NCBI GenBank assembly: GCA_964035545.1
Contig: OZ037766.1
Location: 25,220,139 to 25,284,138, forward strand
Direction: 5' to 3'
Length of the DNA: 64,000 bases
Origin: Bugula neritina
Lineage: Eukaryota; Animalia; Bryozoa
A model generated the notes under the pieces. It was not told the DNA's origin. It worked only from the letters and a program-made list of their open reading frames with translations, and did no database searches. How positions within the stretch are numbered: the stretch's first letter is position 1; the number at the start of each line of letters is the position of its first letter. The position numbers were made by a program, and so were the translations under genes. Shown piece after piece: positions 38,584 to 52,100 of this stretch.

Positions 38584-41500
38584 ATGAAGTATTCGGTACT
38601 CATATCAGTTGTCATTGCAAGTAAGTAGTACAGTAAGGTGCATAGTAACTTGGAAATAGCTTAATTAGCAGGACCAAGTTGGTGGTCGATATAATGTAAG
38701 GCTGTTGATAATTTCGAGTTTAGAGTTGGAGGTGTGAAGTCCCAACTGTTTCTACAAATTTCCTAATAACTCACCATTTCATCTTATTTTTTTAGCTTCA
38801 TGCAGGCTAGGTTGAGCAACAACTCAATTATTTATACATGTATGTTAAACGAGAGCAATGAGCAATTTATTTGAGGCTGCCACCGTATTTCTGAAACAAA
38901 TATTTTACTGAGCAAATCAAATTTAATCAGTTTTCAGAAACTCACCTTTACGACACTTTTTTATCTAAATAATAAAGCGAAGAAATACTAAAGAAGTACT
39001 CGTATGCAAGAGGGCTGCAAGGGCCTACGTAGATATGATGCGCTTATAAAATAAAATAAAACAGATTAGCAAAATTTCTCTAGCGTTGAGTTACTGTTAA
39101 AGTCACTTAATAGACCCTGTGGTGGGACGGTTAGCGTACCTGCAAGCCTGTGGTCTTGAGTTCATATTCCGGTGGGGGCAAAATTATTTTATACTTTGCA
39201 TGACAAAATTAACCACCATTCAACTATTTTAATAGTAGTGATTATAGAAGAAAAAGAATAACGCTAATAAAGGTTTTCAATGGTTACTCTAGCTTTTAGC
39301 AATTACTTTTGAAGCCAAAAGGTAGGAGAAATGTGTTTATTTTTTCTTAATATGATATAAATTGTACTGAGCACGGTAAAAATACCTATATGTTTCAGCA
39401 TTGTCAATTAACTTCTATAAAAAATGCTTACTTATATCAGTTTATTATTCAGAATGCTAAACTTTGAGAATGTCTTATTTTAAATTCAAACAATTTATAA
39501 CAAACGGCAAAATTAATAATTGTTCAAAAAACCCTGATTTGCAGTATCCTATAATAATTTTCTCATGGAAGGTACAGGATATAAAGCTCAGCCTCCAATT
39601 TTTTATTAGAGTAGCTTTTATAGCGTTTGAACTCACTTGAATATCTTAAGCTTTAGGATTTTATTTATTTGTCATAATATAAGGGCAAATATTTTAAATG
39701 CTTTATCTACATTTTATTTTTACTGTTAGTTGGGAATTGAATGAAATATCAAATAATAATAACTGACTTCAAATTATATTTAGCTATAAATTAGAGTGTT
39801 GAAGCTTCACTCTATAAATTTACTTTGAAAATAATTATTTTTTAGATTTACCTGATGTCAGGATTTTGAATGTTGAATAACTAAGGAATGCTTCGTGTGC
39901 TCTATTTGTATTAATTTGCTTAACACTGTGAAATTTGCAAAATAATTGCCACCATGGGGAATCGAACCCGAGTCTTCTGGCTTGCAAGCAAGTGTGCTAC
40001 CATTACACTACGGAGGCCACTAGATCAACACAACACTACAAATTTAAATGTTTTTTTGCAGGTTGTCTGTTTGGCTGTTTAAATGCTATTGAATGTTACG
40101 TGTGTAACGAGCCAGACCTAACCTGCACGGACCCATACGATGTACCTTCTTCTCACGTAGTTGAGTGTGGAGATGTTGATGGTTGCTCCAAAAATAAGAC
40201 CATCTTCAAGCTTATAATAACTAACACTAAGATTACAACTGGTACGCTTAGCACGACTTCCCTTTCTATAATTAGATAATTTACTAGTGTTCCACTATAC
40301 CCCAGTCATACAGTAATGTGTGTGTGCGTGTGTGCATTATATAAAATTTAAATCTCGTATCTTGTATTCTATTATGTCAACACAAACACCAAGTCAAAAT
40401 TTATCAAAAGAGTTAAAGAACTTGTGCTGCCCCAAATTCTGCACTGCTGCACCTAAATGGTTTTATAAGGCCATGATTTTTGTCTGCTGTTATAAAGTCT
40501 AATTCAACTTGTCATTATCTTTGAGGTTGAAACAGTTATAACAATTTTTTTTCAACTGTTGTAGTTAACAGATCATGTGGAATGATTCATGATAGCAATG
40601 ATAATTGTGATTTTCGTGATGCGGTGACTTATGAAGACTTTATAGTGAAAGACTTCTACTGGTGGGGCTGCAATTGTGAAGGTAACTTGTGCAATTCAGC
40701 TCCAGCAACTAACCAGACTCCAATCTTTCTGATGGCTCTTGCTTTCTTGACCCGTGAGTTATATTATTATTCATTAGCATCGTTTCAAAGTGGTTACTAT
40801 GCTTTCAATTGTTAAGTAGACAATGAAAACTCTCAACTAAATAAATGCTAAAAATAATTATTTTGTCAAATTAGTAAAATAATATGGAAAATCATTGTAT
40901 AGCAGTGTAGAACAGAACCTCAAACTTTTTATTTGTGCTGCTGCATTTTTTGCCATATTTTAAATACGTTTCATTTCCAATAACTAACTTCTGCTATACA
41001 GTTTAAAAAGCATTAAAGGTGTTTCTGTTGCAAGTAATTCTCTAAAAATCACACATCAGTAAAGTTGCAAGACAGATTGTTCAAAGCTTTCATCTCATTT
41101 GATATCTTTCAATAAATAGATTACATCTTGCAATATAACATTGTATTGCATTTTAAAACATATATTTATTTATACTTATGATAAATATATCATATATCGC
41201 AACAAAAATGTTTTGAGTACCTATAATACATAATATGTAGCTTGTTATACGTTTACTTACAAATATTATTCCTCATTGTTCTAAATTATATAATTGAACA
41301 ATGCTACCAGTAGAGACTCTACCCACGTGCCATATTGTAATATATACTGTAAGAAGCTATCATATTTAATTAGAATTTCATACAAAAGCACACACCTTCC
41401 AAACAACTCAAACAAAAAGGGACACATATAGCTATACATTGCTAGTTTTTATAATATTGCACATGTACAGAATACTGAATAAATTTTATTTCCAAAAGAA

Positions 41501-41669
41501 TGTATTTCAATATTTGCAGCAAAGTTTTTGAAATTTGGCAAGTGTCAAAGTTATCGTGCTATTTAGCTATAATGTTATTACTTATATATATAAATTCTTT
41601 ACAGATTGGCTGATAAAGGTTTTTCAAGGTTTTACATGGAATTCGCTGAAGCCAGTAGCGTATGCTTGA
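38584..41669 (+). CDS. Ly6/uPAR three-finger protein, quiver-like (Ly6-4)
   Basis: Exons 38584-38620 (MKYSVLISVVIA), 40062-40241 (..IECYVC..CTDPYDVPSSHVVECGDVDGCSKN) and 40565-40753 (VNRSC..C..FYWWGCNCEGNLCNSA plus hydrophobic tail). Probable last exon 41605-41669 is less certain. Confidence 0.85.
39113..39180 (+). mobile_element. Degenerate tRNA-like head (second SINE family or tRNA pseudogene)
   Basis: TGGTGGGACGG (A box-like), TGCAAGCC and GAGTTCATATTCC (B box-like), ending GGGGGC followed by AAAATTATTTT, similar to the 3' flank of the 39948-40017 copy. Confidence 0.45.
39948..40017 (-). pseudogene. tRNA-like sequence (Ala-TGC-like pseudogene or SINE head)
   Basis: Reverse complement GCCTCCGTAGTGTAATGGTAGCACACTTGCTTGCAAGCCAGAAGACTCGGGTTCGATTCCCCATGGTGGC. 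D arm and T loop are intact, but the acceptor, anticodon and T stems have mismatches and the anticodon loop is 6 nt. Confidence 0.65.
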
Positions 41670-43262
41670 TTGTATCGTCAAAGGTTGCTGTTAGACCGGC
41701 AGCTATAGCCTGTTTAAGACTATATTGTGAACCACTATCTTTCTTAAATGATATACAATTATTTATTTTCTGCAAGTTGTCTTTTAAAATAGCTGGTAAT
41801 ATAAAAGTAATTCTTATAAAGGTGTGATGAATTGTGGTAATTTATGCTCTTATTTTTATATGATGTTTGCTTGTTTTTCCCATATTTGGATAAAATTTAT
41901 GTAAATATACAAATAAACTTATAAGTTGTCAATAACATAACAGACTTTTTAAATTTAATATTTCAGTCTTTTAAAATAAGCCATTCCTGCATGCTGTATT
42001 CTATAATATGGTGGCTATATTTCCTGATAATTTCAGACTTTCAATTTAAAAGCAACTTTTTTCTTCAACTACTCGCCTGTGTTTTCAAATATCAAAAAAA
42101 TATCTGATATATTCTAAGCAAGTTTTAAATATGCTAAAAATAGGTTAAAGAATCATGCTGACGAAGTTGGTAGAGCTCACGAGTTGTAATTATATCAGCT
42201 GTAAAGTCATATGATAAAAGTTGCGAAATTTGTATCATGTGATTCTTCTTTACTTGGGTGAATACGCTAGCTTTGTTTGTATTAATGCAACCAACTAAGT
42301 TTTATAATAAAAGACTTTGGCCCTATTTGTTTTGTTTTATTCAAATGGACTCCCTTTTCGTGAATTCAATGGATTTGTATTAATAGTTTACTATAGCAAC
42401 TAGACTCCTTGTAAAGCTTTGTGCCTACTGCATAGTATAGAAAAAAAAACATACCCAGGCTTGCTGGGGCTGAAAGCAAATAAAAAACGTCTAATATTTA
42501 CACTCCAATTGACATTGATCCGATGAATAAAATCATAAGATCTTGCTTTATGGCGTCAGATACGCATTGTTAATCACGTGCAAGCAAGTTATATGTAATA
42601 ACAGACTGTGGCCTAGATACGCTAGTCATGTGCTCGTATTTAATTGTTCTCTATTCAAATAATTTAATTGTTTATTCGCCGGGCATCACATGATGGTTAT
42701 TAATGGATCCCAGAAACCTATTGCAAGATTAATAATTAGGATTAAAAAAAACATGCCTATACTAATACCTATACTAATGGTATATTGCAATTAAGAGAGT
42801 TTCAAGTTTAATACATAATAGTAGCAACAGAAAATTGTAACTTGGTCATTAACATTTCACAGTTTAAGCTGAGTTCAATGACAAGCTACATATTTCCTAC
42901 ACTAACAATACTGGTATAGGTATAGCATGTAAGCTGAGAGAAAGAAGGAGTTTCCCTACTCATTATCTTTTTCGAATTATTAAATGTTTGTATTATAACC
43001 ACTTATATAAGCTGTTTAAGGCTACAGCTTGTGACTAGATATGCAACACTTTCTTGCCATAAAAATATCAATAGCTTGTCATTATTTGTTTTTATATGTG
43101 GATATTGAAAGTAAACGTAACAATGTTAGTGACCTGCAAACTTATTGAGCTACACAATATTAGGTGAGCAAAGGATATACTAGTTTGGTTACTGCTCTTT
43201 ACATCATCAATATACTTAGCTGTAGATGACATTAATAAATGCAACTATTACAACCAGTAATA

Positions 43263-44764
43263 ATGAAGATCCCAGGTTTTCATTTGCTAACTCTAGTGTG
43301 TAAGTATATGATAAGAAATGGGCTCGTTTATATCATAAGTCTTAGTTTGAGACATTTTAAGAGGTTGGTTTGCAACGATTCACATAAAAAATTAGTCTTA
43401 GCTTTTGGACGCAGAAACCAATAGATTGAGTAACTTTAAATAAAAAATATCATTCTAATCTTTTGAGGCTGACAACTGTTTGTAAGAAAAACAAAGCTGA
43501 GCTTTCTATTTGAAGAATATATTAGTATAATATATGCTTAGATTAAGTATGCAAAAGAAGCAAGCAAGGGAAGTAACTACAAATTGATGATGCAACCTTC
43601 ACATAGCTAAAATACAATCAAAGAGCATACGGGAGCTCACCTAGAGTTTTTGCCATATAATTCTTGCTAGATTTATGTATACACCCATGCCGGCGGACTA
43701 TTTTCATTTAACAATAAGCATGCACATTTCAAAATATCACTACAGAGTTTTAAATTGACAATTAAAGTTAGAAATAGGTTTTAGAGGTTTTCATTAAAAA
43801 AAATTTGTTAAATTTTTAACTAGAGGTTTTCATGCTTAGTATGACATTAATAGATTCTTGTTTACAGGTTTGTTAGTGGAACACGCGACTGCAATAAGAT
43901 GCTATGTTTGTAATGAATCTGATGAAGAATGCAAGGACCCGCATATGACTCGCTGTCGTCTCACGTAGTAGTGTGGCGATGTAGCCGGCTGCTCTAAGAA
44001 TGCTTCCATTGGTCAACTATTTGGATTAGATTTTAAAGTTGGTAGGTTTATTAATATAATTCATAATAACTGATTATAAGATATTAAACTAAATACAGCC
44101 AACCCACTAAGGACTATTAAACATGCATTAGTCCAGACTGGTAGTAGTCTGACTGTCAATACATATAATGAAAGCAGGTAAATCGCTAGAGGGAGCTGCT
44201 TTTCCAGATTGTTTAAAAAATATTCACAGCTAGAGCATACTTGCATATAATTGCAATTTATTAGGATTCCATGGTGAGGTAAAAGCTCTAACAAGATTTT
44301 TTTTACCTCAGAATGTAGTAGTCAAAGCTAATTAAGTAAACTGATTAAAGAACAAAAAATTATGCTTTATCAAGCCATAATAGGCATAAAATTCAAAAGG
44401 TTTGAATAAAATAAACATTTCGGTTTTTAAAAGAAAAACAAAATAAGAATAAAATAAACTATAGCAAAATAAAAAATATTTATTCGCTATATTATGTTTA
44501 TATAGATTTCTTAATCTGTTATATATATGCGACTTTGTTTATTGTAAACCAACAGCTAACCGCTCCTGTGGAGTGATTCATGGTGACAACGCATTCTGTG
44601 ACATCGGGAATCCTGCCAGGTACGAAATACCTGAAAGGGCTATCACAGATGGCAAATGGTGGGGGTGTTCCTGCTACACTGATCTATGCAACTCAGTATC
44701 AGCATTTCAATACTCACTCATTTTAATGTGCATTCTACCACTTTTTCTAGAAGTTTATTTGTAA
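43263..44764 (+). pseudogene. Ly6/uPAR quiver-like pseudogene or null allele (Ly6-5)
   Basis: Exons 43263-43299 (MKIPGFHLLTLV), 43868-44041 and 44556-44764 (ANRSC..C..GKWWGCSCYTDLCNS plus hydrophobic tail). Exon 2 has a +2 insertion (CA, 43942-43943) and a -2 deletion (about 43971), giving in-frame TAG TAG at 43966-43971. Confidence 0.85.
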
Positions 44765-45343
44765 ACTTGTTTTTGTGTGATAATTCTCTGAGGCTTTAAG
44801 ATGCTATTTTTATTTTTTGCCTGCAATCAATGTCTAAATATTATTTATATTGATTTATGTAGCATAACAGACAGGAAACCTTATTTTTGTAATCATTCTA
44901 AAAGTTGAAAAATGATTGGATTTGAAATATATATGATTATGAAAAGGCATCAAGTGAACAGCTTATAGCAAGTTTGACTTGACCATGCTAAAAATCAATT
45001 TATTCATTAGTTTTAAAAATAGACACTGTATAAGCTAAACTAAACTCACAGCAATATTTATATTAAACTGGTAGAAAATTTAACTAAACTTTGATTGAAT
45101 GTATGGCAGCATTTGACAGCAAAGTTGCAACAATCAGAAGTTTACAATTTAGTGCTTTCAACTATTCAACTCTAGACTGCTATATTATTTGTAGAACTAC
45201 TTCAACTGCTAAGCATCTAAAACAGTGCCATTGCACTGTTTTAGCCAAATGAATTCATGTTCTCAAGTGTTTAAGACTTTTATAAGCAGTAAACTTTGCA
45301 GGATAATCAACCATGATTATATAACCTCCTTTAAATTCCAAGT

Positions 45344-45722
45344 TGTACCAGGAATGGTTTAGTGGATTGATTAGCAACGAGCATAAAAACAATATCCTTA
45401 TTCTCTGGATTTATTGCTCTGTCTTTGACTTGTACTTTGTATAAGAAAATAGTTACATGCTGTACAAAAACATATACATAAGTAACCTTTAAATATATAT
45501 ATGCAATATCTACATGTACAAAAACAAAAATACTTGTAAATTATAACAGCACTTACAATTATCAACTCCTGCAGCAAGTAAAACTAATAATAATCATAAT
45601 GTACCAGCCATGCAAAATTCAAATAACAAAAGCTAAATTATAGCCGATCAAACTGCAAAAGCTAACAGCATAATTTCAGTAAAACATTGGCAAACAGCCA
45701 AAATTATCTCCCTGGGCGTACA
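45344..45722 (+). mobile_element. Dispersed repeat, family B copy 2
   Basis: Direct-orientation homologue of 20704-21088. Confidence 0.7.
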
Positions 45723-46196
45723 GGTTTATATATTTGACCAATGAAAGTTTTTTAAGCAAGCTAGATTTTTTAATTGTTTGTATTCATAGTTTAACTTAGG
45801 CCTTTTCTATGCAGGTAAACTGCTAGTGATAAATACAAATATATAATAAATTGCAGTTAGAGTTTTGGGGTTAAATGTGCCCATCTTCGGCTTCAGTTTT
45901 TGAATAGAGCATGTTAATGTTGTAATATTTTTGGCATTTGGCTGATATGTATGTAATGATATAAAGCCTATATTGTAAAAGTGAGTTTCAAAGTTGCTTA
46001 AGAATAACTCAATGCTCAGCAAACAATGCCTGGCCATAAAATGTTTATCATCTATTGTTGGGTGCAAGAATCAAAATAAAGTGCGAGAATCTTCTGTTGC
46101 TATGCATTATAATATATCAAATAAAACTAAGTGAAGCTTTCTAGCGGATGTGCTGATAAACTAAGTTGTGTGATTAAAGCTCAAAATTTGCACAAA

Positions 46197-49100
46197 ATGG
46201 AATCAACTACCTCATATATTGAAATCATACAGGTTTGTTTAACTTGCATAGAGTTTTGTAATATAATAGTCATTGTAGTATTTTTTAATGAAAATATAGC
46301 CATGAACTCAAAAGTGGATTATATACAATACTAATAACATAGTATTGTAGTAATTTGGTGAAGTTGAAATTAATTAAATGGAGAACATAACTCCTTGTGA
46401 CTTAATAGAGAAGCAGAGGGTGTTTTGTAAAGTATATGAAATGCCTCATTGAATGTAAAAGTATCTGTGGTAGGTCTTTATCCACAGAGCTCCAACTGCA
46501 GACTGACTACACTGCGAGGTCACCTCGTTATATACTCTAGAAATCTGGGAGGACACAACTCCTAATTTTAAGGGGAACATTGGGGACCTCTGAAAATGGT
46601 CTATTATTTGTAATAATTTTCAATAGGCCTACATAAAAGTTCAAATTGGATCAGATTTCCTAGTGCAATTTAAAATTTTGATTTTAAATCAAGCTTTTTA
46701 AAAAGATTACTATTTTAAACTTGACTTGGAAATATAAAGAAGTAAAACTCAATTAGTTCCTAATATACTAGGCTATAAAATGTTTAACATATTTTATCTA
46801 CTTTCTCAATCAGATGAAGTGTAAATTATACGTTGCAGAAAGATGAAATAAGCAGAGAGGCTCAAAACTGGATTGCAATATTTCTCTGCGTGATCTTAGC
46901 TATAGGACTTTGTGGAAACTTGATGACCATTATAGTCATAGTACTCAACAGTAAACTTCAAACTGTACCTAATGTGTAAGTAGCTAATTGCCAGATGTCT
47001 TTCAGCCAGCTTCTAAAATGCTAACACGTTTATGTTGGCAGTAAAATAACCATCTGATTTGTGAGCGCCTTTTGACTAAAAATGGTTTAGCTGTCATCCA
47101 CAAATACGTAGTAATTGATGGGAAAAGAAAGTCCCCATTATTTATTCATAAACGTATATATTTTTGCTTGCATGTATGTAGCTATTTGGCCGCAGAGCAA
47201 AATATTTTCCCTATAAAATTTGAATAAAAAAGGTAGGTTAACTCCATGCCTATTGCTTTTCTTCTGTTTGCATTAATTCTGCTTAACATAATATAACAAA
47301 ATGTTGGAATTAAAATGAAAAGATAAAAAAATTGGTATATATAGAACTACTGCAAGCTGGTTATAATGATGCCTATTATATTATATTATATATTTTATTA
47401 TAGTATATATTATATTATAGTATGTTGTATATTATCTTTAGCGTAGTTTGCTTTTAGGCTAGTTTAAAGTTGAATTTTTAAGTAAACTGCTTGCGTATGG
47501 CTTTACATTGTTAAAAAATTTTATAACAAATCATTTGATGTAAAAATATTACAATACAATAACAAATCCCATCTCAATTAAATACAATTATTATACTATT
47601 TATATGACTAAAATTGTGTATACATGGTGGAAATGTTTTGGAATTTTATTGAGACTGTAGGCAGGCAGGTAATTCAACTCAAATAGAAATTATTTAAGGC
47701 AATAGCTAGTTTATTTGGTGGGAGCTATCTTTAAAGCCACCAAAATTCACCTGTAAGTTTTCTATCAAGCACCTGCTCATTCTAATCACTCGTTTAACTG
47801 CAAATTTTTGTTTCCTGCAGCCATCAATCATTCTTCATGTTGCAGATATATTGTAAATCTTGCCATCTCTGACACTCTATTGCTTCTGGTCAATATTCCA
47901 ACTACCGTGCTGGACTTCATACGAATCTCAAAGACATACAGCTATGAGTACTGTAGGTATACTTCCCTGCCCAATATTATGATTATATTGACGGCCCTCA
48001 ACAGTGCGGGAGCTGTTGCTTTAAACAGGTGAAGATAACTTTAATATACTCTTAACTTATGCAAGTTTATAGTCACCATCCTTGTGAGAAAACTCCTGAT
48101 AGAAGGGGTTTTTGTTAAATCGGCTAAAAAGAACTTATTTAGATGAGGCACAGGAGCAATCATGACTGGATGCTCTTCCTAATGTCACCAATGTCCTTTG
48201 TCTGGGCTTGAACCCATAACCCCATGCTTACCAAGCAAACGCTCTAACCCCTAGACCACAACTGCTCCCTAGTTTTAATATACTTTTAATTGTGATTTTT
48301 AATTTTTCAACATAAAAAGCATGTACCTATATTCTTCTAGTTATACTGCAAGTCACATGTCTTTTAGTTATAAATGAACAGCTAAATAATTTGCTTGCTG
48401 TATGTTCTCAGATACTAATAAACTGAATGCAATGTTGTTATGATACATAAAACAATGTATTTACATATATTTTAGTAGAAAGTAATATGCTTACTGTTTG
48501 TGAACTAGCTTATTTTTTATGCATGCAGGTACCTGTTTGTATGTAAACCATATGAAGTATACAAATCATACAGCACCAAGACATGGACTTGTGCTACAGT
48601 ATCTTTTATTTGGATCTGGTCATTTATATTATCATCTCCCCCTGTTCTCTTTGGGTTTGGCACTTATGGATATCACTCTAAGTTCCATAGCTGCTTTTTT
48701 ATAGGTGAGTATTTTGATGTTAGCACAGTCATAAAAGTATGAGAAATCATTATTGTTTTAAAGGTTTTGTTTGATAAATTTTTATTAAAACTATATTATG
48801 TAAACATATTTTGTCAGATAGCTGTTATTGAAAATTACATGTATATTTGTTTTGTTCCGGAAGCAAATAAATTTTTTTAGCAAATTAAATAGAATTCAAA
48901 TTAGTAGCAAAATTATCATATTTTCAATGATCATGAGTCTTTTCTAAGGAATTATTTGGTAAAAAATATATACTATTCGTAAATACAGTGTTTAAAATAA
49001 TGTTATCATTGCTAATTTTGAGTAACAGCAAAAAAGAATCTGTCAAAGTTTTCCTACTGATTATGCAAATTGAAACTTTCATTTTCACCCACCATCTGTT

Positions 49101-52100
49101 TTAGCAGTTGAGAAATATTTATTATTTTCAGATGGTTGTTATATTATATAACCTCTCATAAAATGTTTTACACGTATAATTAAAATTATTAAGTTATATC
49201 TACAAAAAGAAGAAATCATTATAATAAATTCATTAGAAAAATAACACTATAAAGAAAACAAATAATGAAAACTAAAATTATATTGCCTTTTCATTAAGAT
49301 TCTACTATAATGTACACAAAGTTATATTGTATATTATTGTTTTTTTTAACATGGGAGCTGGCTATATTATAATGATATCATTGTTATCCTTTTATAGCTT
49401 CACTATAGACAAACATTGTTATTACATTTACTATAACAGATAATATTGTTATTACTTTTTATATAGAATACCTGTATAATATTGTATTGCACTGCTGTCA
49501 TGGATATTCCAATATTATAATTACTATGTTTTGTTGGCAGCATATGACAGACCAAGTTACTGGTACAGCACTATCTTCTTTTGTGCAATCGGAGTGCTTC
49601 CAGCTATTCTGCTTACTTCTATTCTCTATGTAAAAATATTTTCTAAATTAATGGAAAGAACCAAACTTTTAAAAGAATTGTGCAAAACATCAGATGTAAA
49701 CCTTGCTGAAATGTTTGATGTAAGTAAAAATATGCAGTGTATTTGTTTAATTAAGCAGTATATATAGGGTTGGTGCACTAATAGCTACACTATATATTAC
49801 ATAATAGATCATACTTTAACCCCCTAGACACACTTTGCAGCACGTAAGCCGCAACACAAAATGTCAGTCATTTTTACAAATGTCCGAGGTTCCAATGCGT
49901 TAGGATCAAGCACTGCTTGATTCAAAACTTGGACAGAAAGACGGCCATGTCAATTCATTGGATAAATTTGAGAACTTTAGCCTGGACACATTAAAACTGG
50001 CTGACATTTACAGCCTACGGTGTGACAAAGTGTGTCTAGACTCTAGGGGGTAAGCTAGATTATATAATATTATTATTCTATTGCTTTTCACAGCCTTTTA
50101 CTGACTACCAAAGCCAATTCGAGCTAAGCACATAAATAAATAACACTCTTTACTTCTTTTCAGCTAATTGTGTACATCGATTATAGAATATATCAAAGTA
50201 TCTTATCAAGTTTGACTATTAGTATATTTAATATGTCATGCAAGTTGTTGAATGATGCCATAATAATTTGAACTACTCAAAATTAATTGAGATACAAAAT
50301 TAAATACAAATGCTTTATGCTGGCATTTACTGTTTGCTAAAACTGTGAGCTATAGCAACATGCGTTACAATAGAAAACCGACAGCCTTAAAACTTGCTTG
50401 ATCGTCAAATTTTACATTAGAGTTGTGTGTATATAATGATTGCAAATCGAATTTGCTTAACTATTTTGCAATTTACTTGTATGCGACGATATATAATTTC
50501 TCATAACCTTTGCTGCAGATAGGTAAGGTTACATCAGGCCAGTTATCTCAATCCAAATCTTCACTAATCTGCTCAACCTGCCACTCTAACAGCGAGAATT
50601 TTCACCTGGATAGGCCTCTCAGTCACATAAAGACTTGCTCAAAAAAGGAAAGAAAAATTCTAAAAGCGGTATCATCTCCTAGGAGTTTCAAATCTGGTCA
50701 TCTGACACGAAGTAAACTTAGGATTTACTAACTTTATAATCACTTGATGTGCCCATACCTGAGCAAAATATGTTGAATCTTGAGCGGCTCCCTTATTTGT
50801 AAACTTGAATATATATGTTTTTTCTTTCAACTTAAATTTAGTTTAACTGACAGATTTGAAGCTTTAAAAACAGGTTAATTTTATTAGTAATAAAGTTATT
50901 TCCCAATGTTTTGCTGTTTTAACTGCTTAAATGGCTATGGAATATAATCCCCACTCTACATTGCTTGATTGTACATCAGGGTTTTAGTACTAGCAAATTA
51001 TACAACTATGATATAATTATATTGAATATGATACTTTAATTACATTGTGCTGCATAATGAGCTCCAAAATTTAAGTTTTGTTAGCTTATTACTGGACTAG
51101 TTTCCTGACTTTCAGTTTGCTATTAATAAAATGTTTGTAGCCGCCAAGCTTCCTATAAAACACGATGAAGACAGCCATTTTGATGTACACAAAGGTGAAG
51201 GGAAAAAAAGCCACTACTATAACTTTGGTTAGACTTCTAATTTTCCACTTAATTTTATTGCAGAAAAATGGTAGCCTATATAAGAAGAGTTAGATAGGCA
51301 AGCAAAAAGCAGATTATTCAGCTGCAACACGTATTACAGCTAATTTATTTCTCTTAGTGTTATATGCACAACAGATGATACAAAGTGATATTGTTAGTAT
51401 ACTTTTCAAACATATAATATTTGAGTAGGCTAGTAGATGTGTTACAAAGTAGGTGCATATAAATATCATTGCAATACTTTGCTTAATGCATTCTTCCATG
51501 TGGTGTTATCAATCCGCGACATTTCGAAAATGACAATTGGAAAACATCTATTTGGAAAACAGGCAGTTAGAAAATAGACAATTGGACAATTTGGAAAGTG
51601 GCATTTGGAAAATAAAGAATCTTTAACATGGCCTAGTTCAGAGGGGCGTTTAGTTATATCTAGTTGAGTTCAAAAAGCTTTTTGTAAATGTGAACAATTG
51701 TAAATTGGAACTGCTTGGTAACTAATTATACTTTCATGCATGATAGCCTAACTGATTCGGACCATTATATTTAGTTTTAAAAGTTATTTTGGGATTGACC
51801 AGATGCCGGACAACCCCTCAGGACTAAACCATGTTGAATATTTTTCATTTTCTAAATGTCTATTTTCCAATTGTCCATTTTCTAATTGTCTATTTTCCAA
51901 ATAGGTGTTTTCCAATTGTCATTTTCGAAATGTCGTGTCAGCGGTGTTATGGCCCTATGAGCTAACACAGGTCGCTTGATATTAACATAAAGCATTTTAT
52001 TCATTTTTTATTTTTAATATTATAAAGTCACCACTTGATAAACTTATAGAATCATTTAGCATATGAGGTAAACATGTTGAGAAGTGCTACTTAGTCTTCA

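Noticed and set aside
43096-43163. Alternative first coding exon for Ly6-5 (ATG at 43096 or 43123, donor at 43164)
   Set aside because: Phase 2, incompatible with exon 2. Exon 43263-43299 gives the conserved 37-nt phase-1 signal exon, so this segment is more likely 5' UTR.
51264-51300. Possible extra GPCR exon after TTTTATTGCAG
   Set aside because: Stops occur in all three frames within about 35 nt, and the model is phase-consistent without it.
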